Below, one piece after another: positions 39,625 through 48,527 of a DNA stretch of 63,798 nt. The stretch comes from an uncultured virus (IMG/VR IMGVR_UViG_3300020460_001009) (Duplodnaviria; Heunggongvirae; Uroviricota; Caudoviricetes). The notes under the pieces were generated by a model. The model saw only the letters and a program-made list of their open reading frames with translations. It searched no databases and was not told where the DNA came from. Made by a program: the position numbers and the translations under genes. The number at the start of each line of letters is the position of its first letter. Positions within the stretch are counted from its first letter, which is position 1. Location: the IMG/VR virus record IMGVR_UViG_3300020460_001009. The stretch is one strand, 5' to 3'.

Positions 39625-40460
39625 TAATAATCTCCTTTTATGTTATTGGATTCACTACTTTTCAAAGTGTCATTCCATATTGTGTGATAGGGTAACCTTA
39701 CTACGTCATCAAAATTGTTGAAATACTTTAAATAATTAGTTGTTAATAATTCCTCAGGACCCATATTCGGATTTTCATTTCTAATTATTAAATCAAATAT
39801 ATTTTCAAACGCATCAAATATTTTTATTTTGTCGAACGACATACACATAAATTGATCCGTAAATATAAACAAACGAGAGCAAGACAACCGGTCTAACGAT
39901 CTAACTATATATGTTTTTTTAACATTCATTGTATCGAATTTCATTTGTCTCATGCGAAAATCGCTGTCTTTAAATGAGTTTGTTGTTTCATCAATGCAAT
40001 CGTATCTTGTAAAAATCACAAAGTCATATTCTTTTTTACAATCATATAACAAATTCAAAACTTTATTACGTGAGTATAGTTGCGACACCATTGCTTCAAC
40101 GGAATTTAGTTTATATTTTTTTTGCAACTTGCCTAATGTTTTTATGTAGTCCTGAAAAGGTTTCGTTTTTTTTATTTTCTTCGTAATTTCTTTAAAGTTT
40201 TTTGAAGGTTCAATCTTGAATTTTTTTGGATTGTAGATTTTTATTATTTTTTTATCAATATCTTTTTCTACAAGTTCATTTTTTGTATTTGACCAAGGTC
40301 CTACATCTTTATATGGATTTCCTACCTCGTCACCATCCCACCAGGCATGACAATAAAAATCAAAATCACAATCTAAATTATTTTCAACCAGTGTAAATAT
40401 ATTCTTTGCACCTTCTTCAAAAGCTCTCGGTTGTCCTGCTATACAAACTGCTATTTTCAT
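39624..40460 (-). CDS. Putative glycosyltransferase-like protein
   Basis: KIAVCIAGQPR, DFYCHAW, SQLYS, YDFVIFTRYD, DQF, PE; start refined to ATG 40460. Confidence 0.6.
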   Translation of the reverse strand: MKIAVCIAGQPRAFEEGAKNIFTLVENNLDCDFDFYCHAWWDGDEVGNPYKDVGPWSNTKNELVEKDIDKKIIKIYNPKKFKIEPSKNFKEITKKIKKTKPFQDYIKTLGKLQKKYKLNSVEAMVSQLYSRNKVLNLLYDCKKEYDFVIFTRYDCIDETTNSFKDSDFRMRQMKFDTMNVKKTYIVRSLDRLSCSRLFIFTDQFMCMSFDKIKIFDAFENIFDLIIRNENPNMGPEELLTTNYLKYFNNFDDVVRLPYHTIWNDTLKSSESNNIKGDY

Positions 40461-42355
40461 AATTTTATTAAATTTAAATATCCCTTGCATTTTTCATTGT
40501 CGTGCAACGGAATCAAAGTAAATAACAAACTATTTGTTATTGTTTTAATATGCTCCACACATTCACCTCCATGCTCCTTTTTTACATGGTCAAACAAGCA
40601 CGACACAAAAGTTTCTCTAAATTCATCGGAAACTGATTTGCTTTGCATTACTTCATCGTAACCCAACAAAGACTGATATACCTTGGCATAATCATAAAAT
40701 ACATCTCCGTGTATAGTTGTCGTGTCTCCCATTACACCACGTGGATCAATCAATTTAATTTTGCCGAACTTGTCCATCAAAATATTTGAAAACACAGGAT
40801 CACCATGTATGATTCCTCGTTTGCCTTTTTTGTTTTCTTCGTACTCTTTTAACTGCGTTTCAAGTTTGTTGTAAATCTCAGAAGCATTTTCCAATGACGA
40901 GTAGTCGTATAATTCGTATCGTTGCTTCAACTTGACTGCATAATTTTCATAAATGTTGATGTTTGATTTTGACTTAAACGAATGAATGGTTTTCAGTGCG
41001 TCCAGCAGTTTTTGAAAACCATCGGTTGTCAAACTTTCCGATAAAAACATTTCCTGAAGTGTAAGACCCTCCACTCGTTCAATACAATACTCCGACCAAT
41101 TGGCATCATCATACGAAATCAAACTTGGTGCATAATTACATAACTTGCGAGGTAGATTAAGATACCATTCAATTTCACCTTTAAGTTTGTTTGCGTTTTC
41201 CGACCTCTTGGTAATCACCGGTATCGTAGTATCCTCAAGTGAATTGAAATCTCGTTCGTCAATTGAAAAGTTGCTTATCCCAAGTTCCTTTTGATAATCG
41301 TCAAATGCGTTTATCACCAAGTCATCAATGTAAGTATGTGCATACGGTTTACCAAAGTACAGTTCGTCATACGGAATTTCAAAGTTCTCCAAAGTATCAA
41401 TCGTAATCTTACCGACGTCGGCAGTTATCTTTCCCACATTGCCGGAGTGGGTCTTCATTCTTCTCGCAGTATAAATTATAATCGTACATCCAAGTTTCTT
41501 GAGAAACCGTGCAAACTCTATGTTCTCTGTAATCGGTTCAACACTCGTATAATCCGCCGGAATTTTCGGATAAGTAACCAACGTATTATCAAAGTCAAAG
41601 CAGATTCTATACTTCTTGAAATAATCAAGATTCTTGTTTTGCATAAACTTATTCTGAAACAACTTGTACTGAAACGGAGTTCCCACAACGTCAAAGTCAG
41701 ACTCACTTATTACGTTTGCAACAAACTTCTTTTTGTCGTTTACCATTTCTGATATAACACGACTCATATAAAACTCACCACCGAACCGCAAATCATCGTC
41801 AATGATTTTTTTGCAATATTTCCGCAACTCACTCAACTTCTCAAACGCATAAGCACCCGTGTTTGCAAACTCGGTTATTCTTTTTTTCTCGGCAATCTTA
41901 TTGATGATTTTGTTTTCGTTGAAACCAACATACGAATACACAGGACGTTCATCACTTTGCTTGAAACAAACGACCATGTTCTTTTGATTGCTCATACGAT
42001 ACATTGCAAGCAAGTCTATTCCATAAAAGGTATCACCATCAAGCAATATCGTTTCGGCATCGTGTTCAATGTCCTTAGTGCCAAGGTAAATGGTCTCGGC
42101 TGCGCCACGTGTATCGGCATCCAAATAGATTATATTGTAGTTCGGATACTTCTTTTTTATTTCATCCTCAAACCGATATTTTTTCAAAGACTTATTGCAT
42201 ATCAAATATACGTTGTCGTTGTTGGTGATACTGAGATTATCAAGCAACCAAAAAATAATTGGTTTGAAAAACAAACGAATAAGTGGTTTGGGTAGACGAT
42301 AACCGAACTCAGAAAATCTTTTACCAAGTCCTCCTAACGGAATAATTATATTCAC
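40457..42355 (-). CDS. Trifunctional nucleotidyltransferase / HAD (capsule-biosynthesis) phosphatase / APH-choline-kinase-like phosphotransferase
   Basis: IIPLGGLGKRF...PKPL; FDFDNTL...YTARRM...FGKP...YIDD; HGDPVFSN...IDPRG. Confidence 0.9.
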   Translation of the reverse strand: MNIIIPLGGLGKRFSEFGYRLPKPLIRLFFKPIIFWLLDNLSITNNDNVYLICNKSLKKYRFEDEIKKKYPNYNIIYLDADTRGAAETIYLGTKDIEHDAETILLDGDTFYGIDLLAMYRMSNQKNMVVCFKQSDERPVYSYVGFNENKIINKIAEKKRITEFANTGAYAFEKLSELRKYCKKIIDDDLRFGGEFYMSRVISEMVNDKKKFVANVISESDFDVVGTPFQYKLFQNKFMQNKNLDYFKKYRICFDFDNTLVTYPKIPADYTSVEPITENIEFARFLKKLGCTIIIYTARRMKTHSGNVGKITADVGKITIDTLENFEIPYDELYFGKPYAHTYIDDLVINAFDDYQKELGISNFSIDERDFNSLEDTTIPVITKRSENANKLKGEIEWYLNLPRKLCNYAPSLISYDDANWSEYCIERVEGLTLQEMFLSESLTTDGFQKLLDALKTIHSFKSKSNINIYENYAVKLKQRYELYDYSSLENASEIYNKLETQLKEYEENKKGKRGIIHGDPVFSNILMDKFGKIKLIDPRGVMGDTTTIHGDVFYDYAKVYQSLLGYDEVMQSKSVSDEFRETFVSCLFDHVKKEHGGECVEHIKTITNSLLFTLIPLHDNEKCKGYLNLIKL

Positions 42356-42377
42356 TTACCATCTCCATCTTTCTATT

Positions 42378-43403
42378 TTATACACCTGCTTCTTTAGAAT
42401 AGTTCAAACTTGCGTCTTGTTTACCTTCTTTGATTTCGTTGTAAATCCAAGCATATGTTTTTTCCAAACCTTCTTGCAATCCGACACTAGGCTCCCAACC
42501 TGTGACTTCTTTGATTAAAGTGTTATCAGAATTTCTTCCACGAACACCTTGAGGTTTTGTCAAATCGTATTTTCTTTCAACTTTGATTTCCGCAATTTTT
42601 TCAATCATGTCAATAAGTTGATTGATGCTGACCATTTCACTACTTCCAAGATTCAATGGTTTGGTATAATCACTTGCCCACATTTTATCCATTCCCGTGA
42701 TGCAGTCATCAATGTACATGAACGAACGAGTTTGTTCTCCGTCACCCCATACTTCAATTTCGTGATTTCCACTTAATTTTGCTTCAATGATTTTACGACA
42801 TAGAGCAGCCGGTGCTTTTTCACGACCACCTTGCCAAGTACCATACGGACCATAAACATTGTGATAACGAGGAATGCGTACGTTCATGTCGTAATCTGAT
42901 TCGTAGAAGTTGGTAAGAATTTCGTTGAAAAGTTTTTCCCATCCGTATCCACTTTCTGGATCAGCAGGATAAGCATCAGGTTCTGCTAATGCTTGATCGT
43001 CAGCACTCAAAATCTCGGTTTGTTTGAATGTTGGATACGCACACGCAGAAGAACTATAAAGAAAGTCTTTGATACCATGCTCTTTGGCTGCTACAAGCAT
43101 ATGTACGTTAATAAGAACACTGAGCATACACAATGCGTGGTTGTTTTCAATGAAACCCATTCCACCCATGTTGCAAGCAAGATTATATACCATATCCATG
43201 CCTTCGGCTGCTTTCATGCAGTTTTCACGCAATTCAAGGTCAAGAACAAGTTGCTCTGTTCCTTCAACTGGTTGATACCATTGATTAAGTGGTTTCTTGT
43301 CAACCACACGCACATTATGACCTTGCTCTTGAAGGTCTTTTGCCAAATGTCCGGCAATGAATCCACCACCACCACATACAAGTATATTTCTTTTATTGCT
43401 CAT
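42378..43403 (-). CDS. GDP-mannose 3,5-epimerase-like SDR
   Basis: GGGGFIA, LACNMGGMGFI, SSSACAYP, YGWEKL, GGREKAPAALCRK, GVRGRNSDN. Confidence 0.9.
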   Translation of the reverse strand: MSNKRNILVCGGGGFIAGHLAKDLQEQGHNVRVVDKKPLNQWYQPVEGTEQLVLDLELRENCMKAAEGMDMVYNLACNMGGMGFIENNHALCMLSVLINVHMLVAAKEHGIKDFLYSSSACAYPTFKQTEILSADDQALAEPDAYPADPESGYGWEKLFNEILTNFYESDYDMNVRIPRYHNVYGPYGTWQGGREKAPAALCRKIIEAKLSGNHEIEVWGDGEQTRSFMYIDDCITGMDKMWASDYTKPLNLGSSEMVSINQLIDMIEKIAEIKVERKYDLTKPQGVRGRNSDNTLIKEVTGWEPSVGLQEGLEKTYAWIYNEIKEGKQDASLNYSKEAGV

Positions 43404-43431
43404 AATAATATATAGTAAATTTTAAAGGTTT

Positions 43432-44211
43432 TTACTCGGTATCACTGCATACTTTGTCAAAATCAATTTCAAGCATTTCTTCACGTGGTAAAACTTTAAG
43501 TTGCTTTAATCTTTCAATTGAATATTCGTCTTCTTTTACATCCTCGGGAATCAATTCAGTTTGTACGTAATCCGATGAACTAAGATTTCTTTCAAACTTT
43601 GCATTGTTGCAATAAAAATACAACAAACCAATTTCAGTCTGAGGATATGCAGTCTGCAATCTTGAAATAAAATAGTTTATATCCTCGTCTTGATTAGTTC
43701 CATGTACACGTTTGAGTTGTCTTTTTTCATCCGCACGGAAAAACAATATTTTGTTGTTGCTTCTAAGTTGTGAAGCAAGACGTTGTTGACGATTTTCAAA
43801 TACACGAACAAAATCTTCCCATATTGGATCAATCGTTAAATCTTCTCCGAGTTTCCAATCGTGTAATTCGTCTTTGCTTAAGGTATCTTTGAACCACACG
43901 TCTGCAAAGTGAGGATAGTAAACTTTTGGTGTTTTTTTATGCCAAACAATTTTATTACGAATTTCAGTACTTCTTGGTGCGTATTCGTTTATCACCTCCC
44001 AATCTGCTTTATCTGCAAAATAATTGTCAAATCCGTCTGCCATTAAATTAGCACAATCAGTAAGACCCTCCACCGTATCCATGTTATCAAACGGACTCGA
44101 ATAATAACGAACGTCTGCGGAACGAGAAATTCCTAACGTATTGCATTTAATTCCCAAATTAACGACCAAATTCCAGTCGATATCAAATATTTTAGATTGT
44201 TGTTCTCCCAT
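43432..44211 (-). CDS. DUF1796 (papain-like) family protein
   Basis: NLGIKC, SSPFDNM, YYPHF, RQQRL, FFR; paralog of 20553..21299. Confidence 0.6.
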   Translation of the reverse strand: MGEQQSKIFDIDWNLVVNLGIKCNTLGISRSADVRYYSSPFDNMDTVEGLTDCANLMADGFDNYFADKADWEVINEYAPRSTEIRNKIVWHKKTPKVYYPHFADVWFKDTLSKDELHDWKLGEDLTIDPIWEDFVRVFENRQQRLASQLRSNNKILFFRADEKRQLKRVHGTNQDEDINYFISRLQTAYPQTEIGLLYFYCNNAKFERNLSSSDYVQTELIPEDVKEDEYSIERLKQLKVLPREEMLEIDFDKVCSDTE

Positions 44212-44215
44212 GTAA

Positions 44216-44224
44216 TATAAATAT
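44216..44224 (-). promoter_or_regulatory. ATATTTATA motif (putative late promoter)
   Basis: 4 nt upstream of ATG 44211. Confidence 0.65.
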
Positions 44225-44227
44225 AAG

Positions 44228-45121
44228 TTAAAGAGTTTTTATAGTTCTTATGTTTTTATTAAAACACATTAAATATCCAATGTATCTTTCAATTGCGTGT
44301 TCTATCATACAATCAGGTAAACCACGAAAACCATGCTCCAAAAGTTCAAAATAATTCTTGGCATTTTTTCGTTGTCGCATAATTCTTGATTTCTTTGTCA
44401 TAGATTGATTGTAAATGTCATTTTTCATTCTACGAAACTCTGAGTTATAATAATCGTCATCATCCATGATGTCGCACCAAAATTTATCGTTCTTGTTTTT
44501 GTCTGTTAATAACTCGTAAATTTGATTAAAGTTATTTAATAGAACATCAAAAAATTCGCATTTTGAAACAAAAATCTTACCCGAATTATATTTCCATGTT
44601 TCTAGATTTTCATGCGGAAACAAATGTTGATATGTTTTTAATATCTGAAGATTTTTATCAGTCTGCTCTATATCCACATATTTGAATTCCGAAATTAATG
44701 TGTCGCAATTTTCTTGGAATACATTGATGTTTCTTATATTAAGTAAATTGTTTCTCCATATGTCGTTACTCTTGGAATGTACACAAAATACATAGTCATA
44801 TTGATTTTTAACAAAATTTAATCCGATTAAAAACGGACCAACATCCCATCCTTTGTTTGGAACAATTATTGTTTTGTCACGATAAATACTTTTGTATTTT
44901 TCAAGTAAATCATTTGAACAAGTACAACCAAATTCATAAATTTCATTTTCGTATTTTTTGTATGAAAAATTTCTGTTGAAAATTTGCATTGAATTTAATG
45001 TTAACAACACATCAATTTCGTTTGCATAAGTTTGCTTTATTTCATTTACCAAATTTTCATAATATGAAACTTGCTCTTCATCTAAATTTGATAATGAAAG
45101 AATTAAAATTATTTTACTCAT
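44228..45121 (-). CDS. RgpF-like rhamnosyltransferase-related protein
   Basis: PNKGWDVGPF, HSKS...WR, SGKIF, EHAIER. Confidence 0.7.
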   Translation of the reverse strand: MSKIILILSLSNLDEEQVSYYENLVNEIKQTYANEIDVLLTLNSMQIFNRNFSYKKYENEIYEFGCTCSNDLLEKYKSIYRDKTIIVPNKGWDVGPFLIGLNFVKNQYDYVFCVHSKSNDIWRNNLLNIRNINVFQENCDTLISEFKYVDIEQTDKNLQILKTYQHLFPHENLETWKYNSGKIFVSKCEFFDVLLNNFNQIYELLTDKNKNDKFWCDIMDDDDYYNSEFRRMKNDIYNQSMTKKSRIMRQRKNAKNYFELLEHGFRGLPDCMIEHAIERYIGYLMCFNKNIRTIKTL

Positions 45122-45753
45122 TCTCCAAATTTATATCCGAAATACTCAATGTCTTTTGCGTATTTTTCAGCAACAATTTGACGAGTTTCGTCATCGTAAT
45201 ATTCAGTATAATGTTTGTGTTTCGTTGAATTTGCATGAGGAAGTTTTTGTTGTGGAATTCCAATTTTGTCGCAGACGGTGTTGAAATCTTCTTGGAGGTT
45301 TTCGGTTTTGCCGATAAAATCCACACCAACTGAATCATTTATTTTTAAAAAATCATATTGGGTGGGCGAAGTATGCAGAGCAGTTCCATCCATTACTATT
45401 TTTTTAAATGAACCGAAAGATGCAATATGTTTTGCCTTATTCAGAAATTCTGGGGGGTGGATTCCGGTGGGATTGTTTTGTTCTTTTTCAAATTCGTTGA
45501 TTAAGAAAAAACAGTTTGATACGAATCTATCCCACGGATTTCTTACAAATGCAAATTTAAAATACTCATCGAAGTTCCAATTTTGTGAATTGAAATGCTC
45601 TTTAAGCCTAGATGCAGAGCTATGATACCGATACGGAGAGTTTTCATCAGAACATCCATGTATATCAAAATATTCGTTTAATGCAAATGTAACGCTTGTT
45701 GATGCAGTTTTTGGAATTCTTATTGATAAAAATTTATATTTGTGACTGATCAC
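45118..45753 (-). CDS. Sulfotransferase family 2 protein
   Basis: IPKTASTS, FAFVRNPWDRFVS, FIGKTENL, HYTEYYD. Confidence 0.92.
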   Translation of the reverse strand: MISHKYKFLSIRIPKTASTSVTFALNEYFDIHGCSDENSPYRYHSSASRLKEHFNSQNWNFDEYFKFAFVRNPWDRFVSNCFFLINEFEKEQNNPTGIHPPEFLNKAKHIASFGSFKKIVMDGTALHTSPTQYDFLKINDSVGVDFIGKTENLQEDFNTVCDKIGIPQQKLPHANSTKHKHYTEYYDDETRQIVAEKYAKDIEYFGYKFGE

Positions 45754-45784
45754 GGGTATACCTTCATTTGTTGTTTAATTTGTA

Positions 45785-47038
45785 TTATTGTACATTTATT
45801 TCTATTAATCGACAGGCCAAAGCTCGTAGATCAGAGCTCACTCCTTCATCTATTGGTCGTGGTGCTTTTGAAAAGAAAAGTTCTACATCCATATTAGAAT
45901 CTTTGGGTATGTTAATTTTAAAAGTTAGTTCCTTGGTTGTAGAATCAATGGAAAACTTTTCTACCGAATTGTTTACGGTAATGCGGACCGATTGCTTTTG
46001 TATAAAATCTAGTGGATCTATTTTAAATACTATCTCAGAAATGTCCACAAGAGATTCAAGCTTTAACGAACATTTTTTTTCCATTAAGAGTTCCGCATAA
46101 AATCCTGACACAGAACCAAGTTGACGTGCAAATCCTATAATGGGAAGTCGCATATTTTTTTTATAGTTTTCGAGGGCATTGTCTTTAATTTGGTTCTGAT
46201 GACTGAGACGATGCTCTTTTTCATAGAGACCCTTTGTCATATGTAGGCATGACCTTTGCATATTTTTAAGTGCCTCTGCATCAGAATCATTGATTGTGTA
46301 TCCAGAAACATATTTTTCAATTGGTAACTCCGGAACATATGTTGTGCCGTGAGGAGGGGCAATTTCTTCTGCTGGTCTATCTTTGGTGTAAAGATAAATA
46401 GCAAAACTCTTTCGTGAAGTATTGTCAGGAATTGAGTCATTAACAGAATGAAATCCATGCCAGGAATATTCATTAGTTTCAAAAATAACAAGTCGATTCT
46501 TAATCGGCACTACAGTCTCTACTTGATCCGTATCTGGTTCCCACGGATTTGAGTGAAGCTCGAGGTTGCCTCCCCACGACTTTTCCCATTTGGGATTCAG
46601 GTATAAAATAGCATTAACCCTCCTATGGACTTTCCCCATACCAGGAATATCCAGATAATTAAAATCTACATGAGGGTTCATTCCCTGCCCCAAAAGATTA
46701 TTATGAGTACCACCCCCAAAATAACCGGGATCATAAAGAAGGTCGGAAATTCCTGTCAATGTTTTCATATATGATAAGAATTCTTCAGACTGGATATACT
46801 GATCAAGATTCTGAAAGGTGGTTGCTAGTGAGGAGATGTCCGAAACCGTGTGTTTTTTACTCGGACCACCATACTCATTTATCATGTCGGCCGGAACGGG
46901 AACGGGAAAATCCTCCACTAAAGAATTACAAATGGAGTCATCAAGGAAATTATCTATTACCACATACTTGAATGGTTTTTGCTCTAAAAATTTTTGAGAG
47001 TGGTGACCCACTGATTTAAGGTTTTCTTTGGATATCAT
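45785..47038 (-). CDS. 2OG-Fe(II) oxygenase with C-terminal beta domain
   Basis: PFKYVVIDNF, HVDFN (HxD), WGGNLEL, SWHG, RKSFAIYLY. Confidence 0.9.
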   Translation of the reverse strand: MISKENLKSVGHHSQKFLEQKPFKYVVIDNFLDDSICNSLVEDFPVPVPADMINEYGGPSKKHTVSDISSLATTFQNLDQYIQSEEFLSYMKTLTGISDLLYDPGYFGGGTHNNLLGQGMNPHVDFNYLDIPGMGKVHRRVNAILYLNPKWEKSWGGNLELHSNPWEPDTDQVETVVPIKNRLVIFETNEYSWHGFHSVNDSIPDNTSRKSFAIYLYTKDRPAEEIAPPHGTTYVPELPIEKYVSGYTINDSDAEALKNMQRSCLHMTKGLYEKEHRLSHQNQIKDNALENYKKNMRLPIIGFARQLGSVSGFYAELLMEKKCSLKLESLVDISEIVFKIDPLDFIQKQSVRITVNNSVEKFSIDSTTKELTFKINIPKDSNMDVELFFSKAPRPIDEGVSSDLRALACRLIEINVQ

Positions 47039-47041
47039 AAT

Positions 47042-47773
47042 TTAGTCCTCGATGGTTGTATTTGATTGTTTTAATTGATTGTATAATTTTTGATCAGAAC
47101 TCTCTGATATAATTTCACTAACTTTCTTTGCCAGTTTTTTATCAATAATTTTATTTTCATTGGTGTTGCGTGTAATTACATTTTGCTTACATTGAGCAAT
47201 ATCAAATTTTTCACAATAAAATTTGGTTATTTGTTTAATAAAATCATTCATATTCGAAACATCTCCTACAAAATCTATTTTGTGTATATTATCAAGTGCT
47301 TCAGATAAATCATTTTTATTTGATAAATATTTCGTCATCGCGGATGACATTCTAATACAATATTCTTCTAACTGATTGTTTGGTAATTCATTCATATGAA
47401 CTTTTGTTTTAGGATAATCAAAAAATTCATAATGACTTATCAATCTAGAAGTAGGATTTCTTAAAATAATGGACGATTTATGTTCACCAAATTTATCCGA
47501 TATATCAGGTGAATTGTATTTTGTGTGACACAATAGTATTTTAATCTGACTTAATTGTTCTTCTGTTTTGCTATCTACGAATTCACCGAATGATTCCTTG
47601 CAAGCAAAATTGTATTTAAGTGAAGACTTCTCTGGACAATACATTTCATATTTTTTATATATCTTAGAAAAGAAATTGTGCAAAGTTGCACGAATCGTAC
47701 TTCCCCCACATTTTGGTACATGATAAAAGCAAAAGTCGGGTTTTAATAATAATCTTTTTTCTTCAAATTTCAT
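47042..47773 (-). CDS. Sulfotransferase family 2 protein
   Basis: FYHVPKCGGSTI, LRNPTSRLISHY, DFVG, D.KLY. Confidence 0.88.
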   Translation of the reverse strand: MKFEEKRLLLKPDFCFYHVPKCGGSTIRATLHNFFSKIYKKYEMYCPEKSSLKYNFACKESFGEFVDSKTEEQLSQIKILLCHTKYNSPDISDKFGEHKSSIILRNPTSRLISHYEFFDYPKTKVHMNELPNNQLEEYCIRMSSAMTKYLSNKNDLSEALDNIHKIDFVGDVSNMNDFIKQITKFYCEKFDIAQCKQNVITRNTNENKIIDKKLAKKVSEIISESSDQKLYNQLKQSNTTIED

Positions 47774-48504
47774 TTTACGTATTCGGCATTATTATAAAAA
47801 ATATAATCATTTTTAAAAAAGTTCTTTACCGATGTTTGTAGATATTCACAATGATGTTTACTTCTTCTATCACTAATAGCATTTTGTAAAAATAGTTCTG
47901 AATTGAATTCGGATGCGTCATTCATTGTTTTATTTTTATTGCTCACACAATCAACATGATTGAATTTAAAAATTTTGTTTAAATTGTTAATTAAATTATC
48001 GTCGACACTTATTACCTTACAATGATCTAAAAAGTATTTGGATACTTGGTCAGTTATTGGTGCAAAGTGTGGATTTATTTCATATGAATGTTCTATGTTT
48101 CTGCAATGAAAGTCTATCAAATGCCTGTACGTAAGCTTTTTTATATCACTTGATATGTTGTCAAAAAACCAAAAATAAAAATTTGCAATCGAATTATTTT
48201 TTGTATTTTTAATAACATTTGGATAATGTTTTATGAATTTTTCGTCCACTCCACTTACAAATCTATCAAGTGGATCACGACCTATTATGTACAAATCATA
48301 TCCATGATTTTTATGATAATCTTCAACAAGTCGTTCTTGTATCTCAGGTAAAAGTCTAGGTGTATGGCAATGCAGAGTTTTTGCATCCTCACCCAACTCA
48401 CCACATGAGATTAGAAAATCTTTAATATATGATTTACAAGTACTACACGCACTCTTTGCAGGAGTCTTTATAATTATTTTTTCTTGTTTTATTTTAAATA
48501 TCAT
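47770..48504 (-). CDS. Sulfotransferase family 2-like protein
   Basis: PAKSACST, RDPLDRFVSG, HFAP. Confidence 0.75.
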   Translation of the reverse strand: MIFKIKQEKIIIKTPAKSACSTCKSYIKDFLISCGELGEDAKTLHCHTPRLLPEIQERLVEDYHKNHGYDLYIIGRDPLDRFVSGVDEKFIKHYPNVIKNTKNNSIANFYFWFFDNISSDIKKLTYRHLIDFHCRNIEHSYEINPHFAPITDQVSKYFLDHCKVISVDDNLINNLNKIFKFNHVDCVSNKNKTMNDASEFNSELFLQNAISDRRSKHHCEYLQTSVKNFFKNDYIFYNNAEYVK

Positions 48505-48527
48505 ATCTTAATTATTTAATTGTTTTA

